From the IMG/VR virus record IMGVR_UViG_3300017917_002605, positions 46,471 through 110,470 of that record: a stretch of DNA of 64,000 nt. The stretch is one strand, 5' to 3'. The stretch's first letter is position 1, and every line of letters starts with the position of its first letter. This document shows positions 9,615-18,865 of the stretch, piece after piece. Position numbers and translations under genes: made by a program. The notes beneath the pieces were generated by a model. That model searched no databases, was not told where the DNA came from, and saw only the letters and a list, made by a program, of their open reading frames with translations. Source of the DNA: a virus. Its lineage: Duplodnaviria; Heunggongvirae; Uroviricota; Caudoviricetes.

Positions 9615-10353
9615 AAACCAAGCAAACACTGAAGTAGATATTAAATCAACTGCTTCTAAAGTAAATAATCACCTCAAGTTGAGGATTGATGACTTAAAAA
9701 CTTTCGAACCTCTGACGGACAATCAAAAGAAATTCTTTGATGCCTATAAAAGAGGTGATTACTTTGTAGCACTGCATGGTGTTGCAGGTACAGGTAAAAC
9801 ATTCTGTGCTCTATACAAAGCAATCGAAGAAGTCCTAGACAGAACAAACCCTTTCAATAAAATCATCGTTGTTCGTTCTGCGGTACAATCACGTGAGATT
9901 GGTCACCTGCCTGGTGATATCGATGAAAAGATGGACATTTATCAACAACCATACCGACAAATCTGTGAGACACTATTTGGTCGTAGGGACGCTTGGGATA
10001 GACTAGAGGAACAACACCACATCGAATTCATTTCCACATCGTTCATTCGTGGTATGTCCTTTGATGACGCCATCATTATTGTGGATGAAATGCAGAACAT
10101 GACCTTTGAAGAAATCGACACCGTTATGACACGTGTTGGTTACCGTTCAAAGATTATCTGGTGTGGTGACTATCGCCAAACCGACCTGAACAAGAAAAAG
10201 AATGATGTATCTGGTATTCTAAAATTCTTTGATATTGCCATGCACATGAAGGCGTTTACCCGCATCGAATTCACTGCGGATGATATCGTCCGTTCTAGTT
10301 TGGTTAAAGATTATATCTTGGCCAAGATGCAATTTGAGGATGCCATGAACTAA
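9604..10353 (+). CDS. phoH: PhoH-like ATPase
   Basis: Walker A GVAGTGKTF; PhoH-like length and layout. Confidence 0.85.
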   Translation: MARKNQANTEVDIKSTASKVNNHLKLRIDDLKTFEPLTDNQKKFFDAYKRGDYFVALHGVAGTGKTFCALYKAIEEVLDRTNPFNKIIVVRSAVQSREIGHLPGDIDEKMDIYQQPYRQICETLFGRRDAWDRLEEQHHIEFISTSFIRGMSFDDAIIIVDEMQNMTFEEIDTVMTRVGYRSKIIWCGDYRQTDLNKKKNDVSGILKFFDIAMHMKAFTRIEFTADDIVRSSLVKDYILAKMQFEDAMN

Positions 10354-10449
10354 ATATATGAAACGGTCATCGTGCCGTTTCTTAGTTTTTGACCTTTGTT
10401 CATTCTCCTGTGAGTTAGTTTATGACCTCAACTCACAAGGATAAAAAGA

Positions 10450-10965
10450 ATGAAAAGAGTTATTGCCTCTGTAGCAATGATGGTTTTCGCCACTGTGGTT
10501 GTGGCGGAACCGATTGTTACAGATTCTACAAGCAGAAGTTTTTCCGAAAACACTTCTAACAGTACAACCACAATCAAGTCTCCGCCACCTACAGCTGTGG
10601 CGCCAGCAATTACCACTATTAACAATGACGTTTGTGCCACTGCGGCCTCTGGTGCAGTGCAGACACAAATTCTAGGTCTTTCCATGGGTGGTACTACCCG
10701 TGACATGAATTGCGAAAGAATTAAACTTTCCAAAAATCTATTTGACATGGGTATGAAAGTTGCTGCTGTAGCAACACTATGCCAAGATGACCGTGTTTTC
10801 CAAGCCATGTTAGATGCTGGCACACCATGTCCAGTACAAGGTAAAATTGGTGAACAAGCCAAAGAAATTTGGAAAGCAAGAGGTCGTGTAAAAGAAGAAA
10901 CTGTAGTACAGACCGCAGAAAAGAAAAAAGAAGAACCAATCCGTGAAACCGGAGAGAAGAAGTAA
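10450..10965 (+). CDS. secreted Thr/Ala-rich protein
   Basis: Signal peptide MKRVIASVAMMVFATVVVA; upstream hairpin and RBS AAGGATAAAAAGAATG. Confidence 0.55.
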   Translation: MKRVIASVAMMVFATVVVAEPIVTDSTSRSFSENTSNSTTTIKSPPPTAVAPAITTINNDVCATAASGAVQTQILGLSMGGTTRDMNCERIKLSKNLFDMGMKVAAVATLCQDDRVFQAMLDAGTPCPVQGKIGEQAKEIWKARGRVKEETVVQTAEKKKEEPIRETGEKK

Positions 10966-13178
10966 TGAAACGTTTTCTCCTCGGTCTATTGTTGGTTGTA
11001 AATACTGCCTTGGCTCAGATTGTTCCTGGGTCAACTGGTGTTACAACTCATACAATGGGCGATGATGGATACGTTTCTGTACCACTTCAATTTGGTTTTC
11101 CATTCTATGGAAAAGTGTTCACACACTCTTTCATGTTTGACAATGGTGTTGTTGGTTTGTATGACCCAATTGGTAACATAGGTTGCAATCCACAGAATGG
11201 TTTCTGTGGTGGTAATCAATACAATGCAATAGAACCTAATGTCAATATGGGTTCACAGTTTCATTATATGATTGCGCCACTTTGGGCTGATATTGCACCA
11301 AATCCAAACACCAAATATTATACACAAGGCACCACCACATATCAACGTTATATGTGGGAGAATATACATGAGTACTATTCTGGTGGTTCTCGTCTAAACA
11401 CCTTTGGTCTTGAATTAAAACCGAGTGGTTCGATTGATGCATATTATCAGTTGATAAACATAGAAACATCAAACACTTTTATCGGTACAATAGGTGATGC
11501 ATCAAAGAGTGAATGGAACAAAATTGGTTTTCATCCATACGGAACAATATTAAATCAATTGCCGAATTGGAGCATAACCAGCACAGGACCAAATCTATGT
11601 GCAGTAGACCCATTATCATCACCAAGTTGTCCTGATTATGCAACCGCATATTTCAACCAGCAATGCACAATCAGTCCTTTGTATAATTCACAGTGTCCTG
11701 GTTATGCTGATGCATACTTGTTGCAACAATGCTCTTCAAATCCTCTATACAATCAAAGTTGTCCTGGTTATGCAACCGCATACCTACAACAGCAGTGTTC
11801 TATCAATCCTCTATACTCAACAACATGTGAAGGTTATGAAACAGCATACTACAATCAACAGTGTTCAACAAATCCTCTTTATGCAACTACTTGCCCTGGA
11901 TATGCTGATGCGTATCTGCAACAGCAATGTTCAGTTAATCCGTTATATTCAACGACTTGTTCCGGATACCAGCAAGCATACTACAACCAACAATGTAGTT
12001 TAAATCCACTATACGACAAAGGTTGTCCTGGTTATGCCACTGCCTATTTTAATCAGCAGTGTTCTATCAACCCATTATATGCGACCACTTGCGTAGGGTA
12101 TGAAGCTGCATACTTCAATCAGCAATGTAGTATCAACCCACTATACAATTCACAGTGTCCAGGTTATGGTCAGGCATATTTCAATCAGCAGTGTTCTATC
12201 AATCCACTATACAATCAGAACTGTACTGGTTATGCAAAGGCATATTTTGACCAACAATGTACATTGAATTCATTGTACAGTAAAGATTGTCCAGGATATG
12301 CCACTGCATACTACAATCAGCAATGCAGTCTGAGTGCTCTTTATGATGCACAATGTCCTGGTTACCAACAGGCATACTACAATCAACAATGTTCCATCAA
12401 CCCATTGTATGACAGTGGTTGTCCTGGTTATGCACAGGCATATTTTAACCAACAGTGTTCTTTGAATGGTCTATATAACCAACAATGCCCAAACTATTCA
12501 CAGGCATATGCAACAAAGCAATTACTTGAACAACAATCAGCAAAGACAACCACAACTGTAACAACTACCACGACAACGGTAACAGCTGCGCCAGCAGTTG
12601 ACAGTACAGGCTCAGTAACAGTACCTGTTATTTCCGACCCAGTGGTTAATCAAGTTGTAACTACAACTGCAACATCAGCATCACCTGCACAATCAGCAAC
12701 TGCAACAGTACCATTAGTAACAGTAACACCAGCTGTAACAACCACGACAACTACTAGAGAAGATAAAAAAGATGTTGCTTCGACAGGCGTATCTACAAGT
12801 GGAGTTTCTCAGACTTCTACACAAGATACTAAGACAGAAACAAAACCAACAGTCAGACAAGAGTTACAAGCCAAAAGAGAATCCGCTGCCAGAGCAAAAG
12901 CAGTAGAACAAGGCAAGAATCTTGCTTCAGCCATGGGTCAAGTGGCTGACATTGAAACACAAAAACAAATACAGAATGTAGTAATACAGGCTATGGGTTT
13001 TACGCCTGGTTTTGATTCGTATGCAAAAGTAATTATGATAGATTCTGTTGGTTATAAACCATTCACCGTTTATAACAATCAACGAAATGTTGATAACCAA
13101 CGATTAGGATGGGGTTTATATGGCCCATCGGACAGATTACATAATGAAATGGTACAATCACAATACACAAAGGATTAA
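10965..13178 (+). CDS. large secreted protein with ~19 tandem ~20-aa Cys-containing repeats (NPLY..CPGYA.AY.NQQCS) and a Thr/Val-rich linker
   Basis: Signal peptide; near-perfect periodic repeat seen at both DNA and protein level; C-terminal non-repeat domain. Confidence 0.7.
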   Translation: MKRFLLGLLLVVNTALAQIVPGSTGVTTHTMGDDGYVSVPLQFGFPFYGKVFTHSFMFDNGVVGLYDPIGNIGCNPQNGFCGGNQYNAIEPNVNMGSQFHYMIAPLWADIAPNPNTKYYTQGTTTYQRYMWENIHEYYSGGSRLNTFGLELKPSGSIDAYYQLINIETSNTFIGTIGDASKSEWNKIGFHPYGTILNQLPNWSITSTGPNLCAVDPLSSPSCPDYATAYFNQQCTISPLYNSQCPGYADAYLLQQCSSNPLYNQSCPGYATAYLQQQCSINPLYSTTCEGYETAYYNQQCSTNPLYATTCPGYADAYLQQQCSVNPLYSTTCSGYQQAYYNQQCSLNPLYDKGCPGYATAYFNQQCSINPLYATTCVGYEAAYFNQQCSINPLYNSQCPGYGQAYFNQQCSINPLYNQNCTGYAKAYFDQQCTLNSLYSKDCPGYATAYYNQQCSLSALYDAQCPGYQQAYYNQQCSINPLYDSGCPGYAQAYFNQQCSLNGLYNQQCPNYSQAYATKQLLEQQSAKTTTTVTTTTTTVTAAPAVDSTGSVTVPVISDPVVNQVVTTTATSASPAQSATATVPLVTVTPAVTTTTTTREDKKDVASTGVSTSGVSQTSTQDTKTETKPTVRQELQAKRESAARAKAVEQGKNLASAMGQVADIETQKQIQNVVIQAMGFTPGFDSYAKVIMIDSVGYKPFTVYNNQRNVDNQRLGWGLYGPSDRLHNEMVQSQYTKD
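11611..12495 (+). repeat. ~60-bp tandem repeat array (~15 copies at DNA level) inside CDS 10965-13178
   Basis: Periodic CAGCAATG…CCTGGTTATGC…TATTTCAATCAGCAGTG units. Confidence 0.7.
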
Positions 13179-13185
13179 AAACAAA

Positions 13186-13737
13186 ATGTCAGAAGAAATC
13201 AAGGACGTAAATAAAAAAATTGATGACCTTGAGGCAGCTGCCAAGAAATACGCAAGCAAAGATACTGTAATTTCTATTGGTGGTTATGAATTTACACCGG
13301 CCAAATTAATGGTCGCATTTACTATTGTTTCGTCAGCCTTAGGTGGTCTATATGGAACATTCGAAGTCTATAAAGACTATATGGGTATGAAGAAAAAGAT
13401 TGCAGAATATGTTTCACCAGATTTAACAGAAATCTACAAAAAACTGGATATTGTACAGACACAAGGCGTAGAGTTAAGAACTCAAGCTGATAAGTCAGTA
13501 CAATATACACAAGATATCAAAAATGACCTCAAACAAGACATTCGCCGTCTTGAAGGCACAGTTGAATCTGTAGAACGTTCTGCTAAACAATCTCAACGTG
13601 AAACAGATATCTCAGTCAAAGAAGTACAAACCGAACTACGCCAGACCCGTAAGGAATTAGACATTGCCATTAAAGAAACCAATGCAAATGTTGATAAAAA
13701 GATTCAGCGTGCATTGGATAACCCACTGGCAAAGTAA
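13186..13737 (+). CDS. coiled-coil protein with one TM segment
   Basis: Start at ATG after upstream stop; hydrophobic LMVAFTIVSSALGGLYG; heptad-rich. Confidence 0.55.
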   Translation: MSEEIKDVNKKIDDLEAAAKKYASKDTVISIGGYEFTPAKLMVAFTIVSSALGGLYGTFEVYKDYMGMKKKIAEYVSPDLTEIYKKLDIVQTQGVELRTQADKSVQYTQDIKNDLKQDIRRLEGTVESVERSAKQSQRETDISVKEVQTELRQTRKELDIAIKETNANVDKKIQRALDNPLAK

Positions 13738-13814
13738 TTTCACCAGGTAAAATAGACTGGCAATACTACGAAATCCATACTGCACTGCAACAAAGTATGG
13801 ATATATAAAAGTGT

Positions 13815-13845
13815 AGGTGCTCAAAGAGGCCTACACTTTTTAATC
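13815..13845 (+). terminator. probable intrinsic terminator
   Basis: GTGTAGG…CCTACAC followed by TTTTTAAT. Confidence 0.5.
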
Positions 13846-13862
13846 GTCTAAAGGAGATTTCC

Positions 13863-14114
13863 ATGTTCAATTCTATTATCACCCCTCTATGGTACGCCAA
13901 CTCTTTCGTTGATGCCGTACAAGATGCAAAGAACAAATTTGTTGACACTTTCGTTCCTGACGAAAAGGTTGCCGCAACTCTAAAAGAATTTGTTGAAGCA
14001 CAACGCCAATTCACCAAGACTGTAAACCGCACAGTTAATGATGTTTACACTCAATCTGTAGAATTAACTAAGTCTGCAATTGAGAAGGCATCCAAAGCAA
14101 CCAAGACCAAGTAA
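13863..14114 (+). CDS. hypothetical protein
   Basis: Strong RBS AAAGGAGATTTCCATG; preceded by a terminator hairpin. Confidence 0.5.
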   Translation: MFNSIITPLWYANSFVDAVQDAKNKFVDTFVPDEKVAATLKEFVEAQRQFTKTVNRTVNDVYTQSVELTKSAIEKASKATKTK

Positions 14115-14147
14115 AATAGTGCGCTTCGTGTTTTCCTACATAATAGT

Positions 14148-14408
14148 ATGGAGAACAAATCGAAGCGTATCACTCTTAAATCTTTATTGGTCAAGGACAT
14201 TACGGCCTATCTTATGTCCTTTCAACCTGTTATTCGCAACGGTTGGTTAATCAAGTTTTCCACGCACCGAGACAGTAATATCTTACTGATTTTTACCTCG
14301 GTTTACACGAAACAAACCGTAATCAGGTATTTTACGGATGAACAAGATGCTGTAATGTTCATCAACTACATGATGACCAAAGACCCCCAAGAAGAACACG
14401 AATTATAA
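14148..14408 (+). CDS. hypothetical protein
   Basis: ORF followed by an intrinsic terminator. Confidence 0.45.
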   Translation: MENKSKRITLKSLLVKDITAYLMSFQPVIRNGWLIKFSTHRDSNILLIFTSVYTKQTVIRYFTDEQDAVMFINYMMTKDPQEEHEL

Positions 14409-14433
14409 CCCTGCCTAGTGCAGGGTTTTTTTA
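14407..14433 (+). terminator. rho-independent terminator
   Basis: AACCCTGC-CTAGT-GCAGGGTT followed by TTTTTTT (same stem family as at 63891). Confidence 0.7.
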
Positions 14434-14457
14434 TTGCGGCAATAGTCCACCTGCCGC

Positions 14458-14486
14458 TTGACTTGCCGTTAATCAAACCATATAAT
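14458..14486 (+). promoter_or_regulatory. consensus sigma70 promoter TTGACT-N17-TATAAT
   Basis: Hexamers and spacing. Confidence 0.65.
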
Positions 14487-14505
14487 GTCACAAAGGAGTG
14501 CAAAC

Positions 14506-14781
14506 ATGGACGAAATGACTAAAGAAAAACATTCTAAGCGCATCCAACAAAAGGAAAACTATGTGAAGAAACAGGTAAAGATTGCCAAATCTCACGGTTT
14601 TCCAGTGAAAGTTGGGCAAGAGCACCGATTGGCAAAACACAGTGCTACAACGTGTGGTGACCCTAACTGCTATATGTGCGGCAATCCTCGTAAATTCTTC
14701 AAAGAGAAGACCATCCAAGAAAAACGTTTTGAACAGGAAAAATTACATTATGAGCAACCTTCTGACCCACGCACGGAATGA
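14506..14781 (+). CDS. small Cys-containing protein
   Basis: Consensus promoter TTGACT-N17-TATAAT upstream; RBS AAAGGAGTG. Confidence 0.5.
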   Translation: MDEMTKEKHSKRIQQKENYVKKQVKIAKSHGFPVKVGQEHRLAKHSATTCGDPNCYMCGNPRKFFKEKTIQEKRFEQEKLHYEQPSDPRTE

Positions 14782-15214
14782 ACTAGACCTTATCGGCATG
14801 ACTGCCGATTCTCCCGATGAAATGAACAGGATGATGCGTGAACACATCCTGACCATGATGGAAGTATTCGCCAACGAAGGTCACAGTGGATTCTCCGCAT
14901 CATACGCAGCCAACGCTCTCTCCAAGTTAATGAAGTTTGAACCATTGTCACCACTGACCGGTGCTGATGATGAATGGGTCGAATTGGATTACCATGATGA
15001 CATGAAGTTTCAAAACAAACGATTGTCTAGGGTATTCAAAGGTGCTGATGGCCGTGCATATGATATCGAAGGCCGTGTATTCTGGAGTTGGATGACCGAC
15101 AGTAACGGCGAAAAATTCAAATCTCATTATACTAGCCGTGACAGTCGTGTGTATATTGAATTCCCATATGTACCAACAACCGAATACGTGGAACGTGCAG
15201 ATGGCGATAACTAA
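14750..15214 (+). CDS. hypothetical protein
   Basis: ATG with AGGAAAAA RBS; start uncertain (alternative ATG at 14798). Confidence 0.45.
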   Translation: MSNLLTHARNELDLIGMTADSPDEMNRMMREHILTMMEVFANEGHSGFSASYAANALSKLMKFEPLSPLTGADDEWVELDYHDDMKFQNKRLSRVFKGADGRAYDIEGRVFWSWMTDSNGEKFKSHYTSRDSRVYIEFPYVPTTEYVERADGDN

Positions 15215-15554
15215 TTCACGTTCACCACTGTGGACGCAAAGCACCGACCCTTTGGATATACAGTTTGAAACCACCGATATTCCAATTGGTGGTCACCTCT
15301 TGCAGGCAAAATTAGAGTTATCACAGATAGAACAACTGAACTTCAAAAGTGATGACGATTACAAACAGGCAATTAAGATGAAGATTGCCACCGACCTGGC
15401 AAAGGCAATGATTGAGTACAATCTTGTAGAAGTCACACGTTTGCCGCAACCGGCACAAGGTACTGATATAATCTTTGCTAGGTGTTATCTCGCAAAAAAC
15501 TCAGATGTGAAAATTCTAAGGATGCATTATGCAAAACCCGTTCAATCAGGATGA
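15201..15554 (+). CDS. hypothetical protein
   Basis: ATG in frame after the upstream gene; start uncertain. Confidence 0.4.
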   Translation: MAITNSRSPLWTQSTDPLDIQFETTDIPIGGHLLQAKLELSQIEQLNFKSDDDYKQAIKMKIATDLAKAMIEYNLVEVTRLPQPAQGTDIIFARCYLAKNSDVKILRMHYAKPVQSG

Positions 15555-16101
15555 AGAAAAACGAATCAAACTGGTCAAGGGTCTTTTTGAGGCCAATGTA
15601 CGATTGAAAATTCTGGAACTGCCAGAAGAAGTCGCCACACTGTTGTTGGAAAAAGGTGTAGTTTCTGGTGGTGCCTCAGCATCATTGTTTTGGGGTGAAC
15701 AACCAAAAGACTATGATATCTACCTTGACAGCGATGCAACGGTACAACAATTCAATCAACTGTTGAAACTGCCGCATGTGTTGGACAAGGTCGAAGATGT
15801 GAATGAGAAATATGCCATTGACACCTTGGTTGATGGCAAACTCATTACGTCACGTGCTGTCACATTTCAGAATAAAATTCAGGTCATCACCATGAGTACG
15901 ATTGACCAAAGGCGTACATTTGATTATGTACATTGTATGCCTTACTTCCAGATTTCCAACAATACATATTATATCTCACGTAAACAATTCGATTCCATCA
16001 CCAACAAAAAACTGGTGTTCAATACAGATTATGTTGTGCGTGATAAACTAAATCAACATGCTAGAGAACGCAAATTTTTGGATAGAGGATGGAAACTATG
16101 A
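15529..16101 (+). CDS. hypothetical protein
   Basis: RBS AAGGATG; 190 aa. Confidence 0.55.
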   Translation: MQNPFNQDEEKRIKLVKGLFEANVRLKILELPEEVATLLLEKGVVSGGASASLFWGEQPKDYDIYLDSDATVQQFNQLLKLPHVLDKVEDVNEKYAIDTLVDGKLITSRAVTFQNKIQVITMSTIDQRRTFDYVHCMPYFQISNNTYYISRKQFDSITNKKLVFNTDYVVRDKLNQHARERKFLDRGWKL

Positions 16102-16289
16102 AAGATAAAGAATGTTGCAACGGTGATTGCCGCCAAGGACGTGATTGTCCTTTGAGAGAAAAGGTTGGCGACCATGCCTTTCGGTTTCTAGACCTTCTGA
16201 ATATAATCAGAGATTATTTCTGGATTACAAAACCATTTGTTGTGGTGGGTCTTTTGCTTCTTATTGTTTATGCTGCCTTCCATGTTTAA
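16098..16289 (+). CDS. small Cys-rich protein with C-terminal TM
   Basis: GAGGA RBS; CCNGDCRQGRDC then hydrophobic tail. Confidence 0.35.
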   Translation: MKDKECCNGDCRQGRDCPLREKVGDHAFRFLDLLNIIRDYFWITKPFVVVGLLLLIVYAAFHV

Positions 16290-16461
16290 ATCCGAAACGT
16301 TAGAACTGATTGTTGTGGTGTTGTATAATGCCTTCATTATTTCCGGCGCAACATGGTTAGTCCTCATACATAATTGGAGTAATTGGACGTTTTTGGGTGC
16401 CATATTCTTTATGTGTTCATTGAAAACATCCACTAACAAAGATGAAAATACCGTACAATGA
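16270..16461 (+). CDS. small membrane protein
   Basis: Hydrophobic; overlaps the upstream ORF; weak. Confidence 0.3.
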   Translation: MLPSMFKSETLELIVVVLYNAFIISGATWLVLIHNWSNWTFLGAIFFMCSLKTSTNKDENTVQ

Positions 16462-16765
16462 TTTAAATATTGTTTGGGTGTCTAACTACTATGATTACCC
16501 AATAGAAGGTATCTGCCGTCAAAAAGGTGAACTGATGAAGTTTACCGTTGACGATAATGACTATTTGTACAATCTGGAAAGTTTGACACCTTGGCAGAAA
16601 TTCAAATGGTTATTCAACAAAAAGATGTTTGAGATATGTGTTGGATATCATTGGTCTTACCAGAACAACGCACGACAATCATTCTTTTATTATCGGAAAC
16701 CTGAGTGGTTGTTCCGATTCCTGTTTAAGGCTTATTTTAAATTTACTGATTGGTTTATAAAATGA
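16442..16765 (+). CDS. hypothetical Trp/Tyr-rich protein
   Basis: ORF; ATGA overlap with the vWA gene. Confidence 0.5.
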   Translation: MKIPYNDLNIVWVSNYYDYPIEGICRQKGELMKFTVDDNDYLYNLESLTPWQKFKWLFNKKMFEICVGYHWSYQNNARQSFFYYRKPEWLFRFLFKAYFKFTDWFIK

Positions 16766-17352
16766 ACGTATATATTCTCCTTGACCGTAGTGGTTCAATG
16801 CAAACTCTGTGGTCTGAAGCCATTGGCTCTATTAACGCATATGTTAAGAAACTGAAAAAGAACGATAAGGTCTTTCTTGCTGCATTCGATAATGAATATG
16901 AGGTTGTCCGTAATTGCAAAGTGGATGAATGGAAAGATATCACCAACGAAGATTGTGAACCCCGTGGTGTAACTGCTCTGTATGATTCTTGTGGTAAGAT
17001 TATGACCAGAGCCAATGAAGATGATGCTCGCAAGACTGTATTGGTTGTTATGACCGATGGTTATGAAAATGCATCCAAAGAATACACACAAGCAGCAATC
17101 AAGGCCAAGATTAAGGCATTCGAAGAAAAGAAATGGGAAGTTATTTTCTTGGGCGCCAACTTTGATGCTGTTGAATCTGTGTCTGGTTCTCTTGGTGTTA
17201 TGGCATCCAAGTCTATGAACTACGGTGCTGGTAATTTCATGCGTGGTATGGATATTCTTGCAACATCCACCGCTGCATATTCCGCAACTGGCGCAGCAAT
17301 GAACTTCAGTGAAGATGTAAAGAATAGTCTAAAGACTAATGCCACAACCTAA
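16762..17352 (+). CDS. von Willebrand factor A (vWA) domain protein
   Basis: MIDAS motif LLDRSGSM near the N-terminus; vWA-like length. Confidence 0.7.
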   Translation: MNVYILLDRSGSMQTLWSEAIGSINAYVKKLKKNDKVFLAAFDNEYEVVRNCKVDEWKDITNEDCEPRGVTALYDSCGKIMTRANEDDARKTVLVVMTDGYENASKEYTQAAIKAKIKAFEEKKWEVIFLGANFDAVESVSGSLGVMASKSMNYGAGNFMRGMDILATSTAAYSATGAAMNFSEDVKNSLKTNATT

Positions 17353-17656
17353 GACCTGTCCTCGTTGCGGTAAACAACACACGAAACGTGGACCATATTG
17401 TTCCCGTTCGTGTGGTAATGTACGTGAGCACACCGAAGAAGACAAAGAGAAACGCCGTATAGCGGCAAAGAAATATTATGAGACACCAGAGGGGCAGGCA
17501 ACTGCCCAAAAGTCTTCCCGTAAGGCAACCATTGTCAACCAAGGACTTACATGGGAAGAAGTCGGTGCGGAAGACTTTGCGGTAGATATACCAGAATTGC
17601 CTGACTTTGACCTCATAGACCGTTATAATGGATGGGATAAAACTGACAACTGGTAA
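17339..17656 (+). CDS. zinc-finger protein
   Basis: CPRCG…CSRSCG motifs. Confidence 0.5.
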   Translation: MPQPKTCPRCGKQHTKRGPYCSRSCGNVREHTEEDKEKRRIAAKKYYETPEGQATAQKSSRKATIVNQGLTWEEVGAEDFAVDIPELPDFDLIDRYNGWDKTDNW

Positions 17657-17665
17657 GGATATATT

Positions 17666-18037
17666 ATGTTTGGTAATTGGAAGATTGAAATCTCTGACCT
17701 CAAGGTCAAAATTGAAGAACTGCGAAAAGAAAACCTGGAATTGAAGCTTCGGGTTGAATCTGCCGATAAAGTTATTGAGAGAATTAACAATAGTGTTCGT
17801 GAGGCAGAATACATTGTTGATTGGGCCAAGATGGATGCATTCTCCATCGAACGCAACGTAAACGACAATAAGCCAGTGACCATCATTGGTTATTACCTTG
17901 AAGAACCCGTTTTGTCTAGTGATGGTGAAATGGTTGTCATGCGTAAGACTGTTAAAGAATGGTATATGTACTGTTCTGAAACAAGGCACCAAGAACTGGT
18001 TGATTCATTCAAGGCATTCCGCAAAGGTGCCAAGTAA
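17666..18037 (+). CDS. coiled-coil hypothetical protein
   Basis: ORF with RBS AAGGATATATTATG. Confidence 0.5.
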   Translation: MFGNWKIEISDLKVKIEELRKENLELKLRVESADKVIERINNSVREAEYIVDWAKMDAFSIERNVNDNKPVTIIGYYLEEPVLSSDGEMVVMRKTVKEWYMYCSETRHQELVDSFKAFRKGAK

Positions 18038-18639
18038 TGTTTATCTTTGACGTTGAAACCCTAGGTAAACGCAGCAACTCGGTCATACTATCGATGGCCT
18101 GTATCTATTTTAATCCTGATGATTCACCATCATACCAACAGATGTATGATGATGCATTCTTTGCCAAGTTTGATGCACAAGACCAGATGAAGCGCCTTGG
18201 TCGTGAAGCAAACAAATCGACCATTGAATGGTGGGCAAAGCAATGTCATAATGTTAAAGTCAAATCATTCAAACCAAACCCAGCCATTGATGAACGATTC
18301 GAAGATGGTTATGAACGTATGCGTGAATGGGCCAAGTCCAAGAATGATGATAAGTGCTGGGTATGGGCACGTGGCAACCTTGACCAGTTAGTGATGGATG
18401 ATATTGAAGAACAAATTGGTCTGACACCAATCTTTCCTTATGCCCGTTGGCGTGATGTTCGTACCGCTGTTGATTTCCTGTATGGTACAACGCAAGGATA
18501 TGTTGATGTTGAAGTGCCACCATGGGTAGATTCATTCGACCCGGCAATTCACGTGACCAAGCATAACCCAATTGATGATTGTTGTTATGATGCCATGATG
18601 ATGATGTACGGGAAGAAACAAGATGACGCAAAAGTTTAA
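18037..18639 (+). CDS. dexA: 3'-5' exonuclease (T4 DexA-like, DEDD family)
   Basis: MFIFDVETLG exo motif I and STIEWW match T4 exonuclease A. Confidence 0.75.
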   Translation: MFIFDVETLGKRSNSVILSMACIYFNPDDSPSYQQMYDDAFFAKFDAQDQMKRLGREANKSTIEWWAKQCHNVKVKSFKPNPAIDERFEDGYERMREWAKSKNDDKCWVWARGNLDQLVMDDIEEQIGLTPIFPYARWRDVRTAVDFLYGTTQGYVDVEVPPWVDSFDPAIHVTKHNPIDDCCYDAMMMMYGKKQDDAKV

Positions 18640-18865
18640 CTATTGTATTGGTCACTACTGGGATAGTAATACTAAAGAATCAATCGGTTGTTACATGATA
18701 CATGGGCAAGAAGTCTTTTATGGCTCTTGCCAAGAGGCGCAGGATACGTTACAATATGTGAAGTGGCAATCACCAGACAAAGATTGGCAAATCTTTGCGG
18801 TTGTGCCTAAAGATGAATTTGATAAACTATCCGAAAAAGCCTGGATGTATGACGAATTACAATGA
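18623..18865 (+). CDS. hypothetical protein
   Basis: ORF overlapping flanking genes by a few codons. Confidence 0.45.
   Translation: MTQKFNYCIGHYWDSNTKESIGCYMIHGQEVFYGSCQEAQDTLQYVKWQSPDKDWQIFAVVPKDEFDKLSEKAWMYDELQ

Noticed and set aside
17336-17992. 218-aa minus-strand ORF
   Set aside because: It is antisense to two + strand ORFs with proper starts. The composition looks like reverse-strand artefact (Phe/Leu/Asn-rich).
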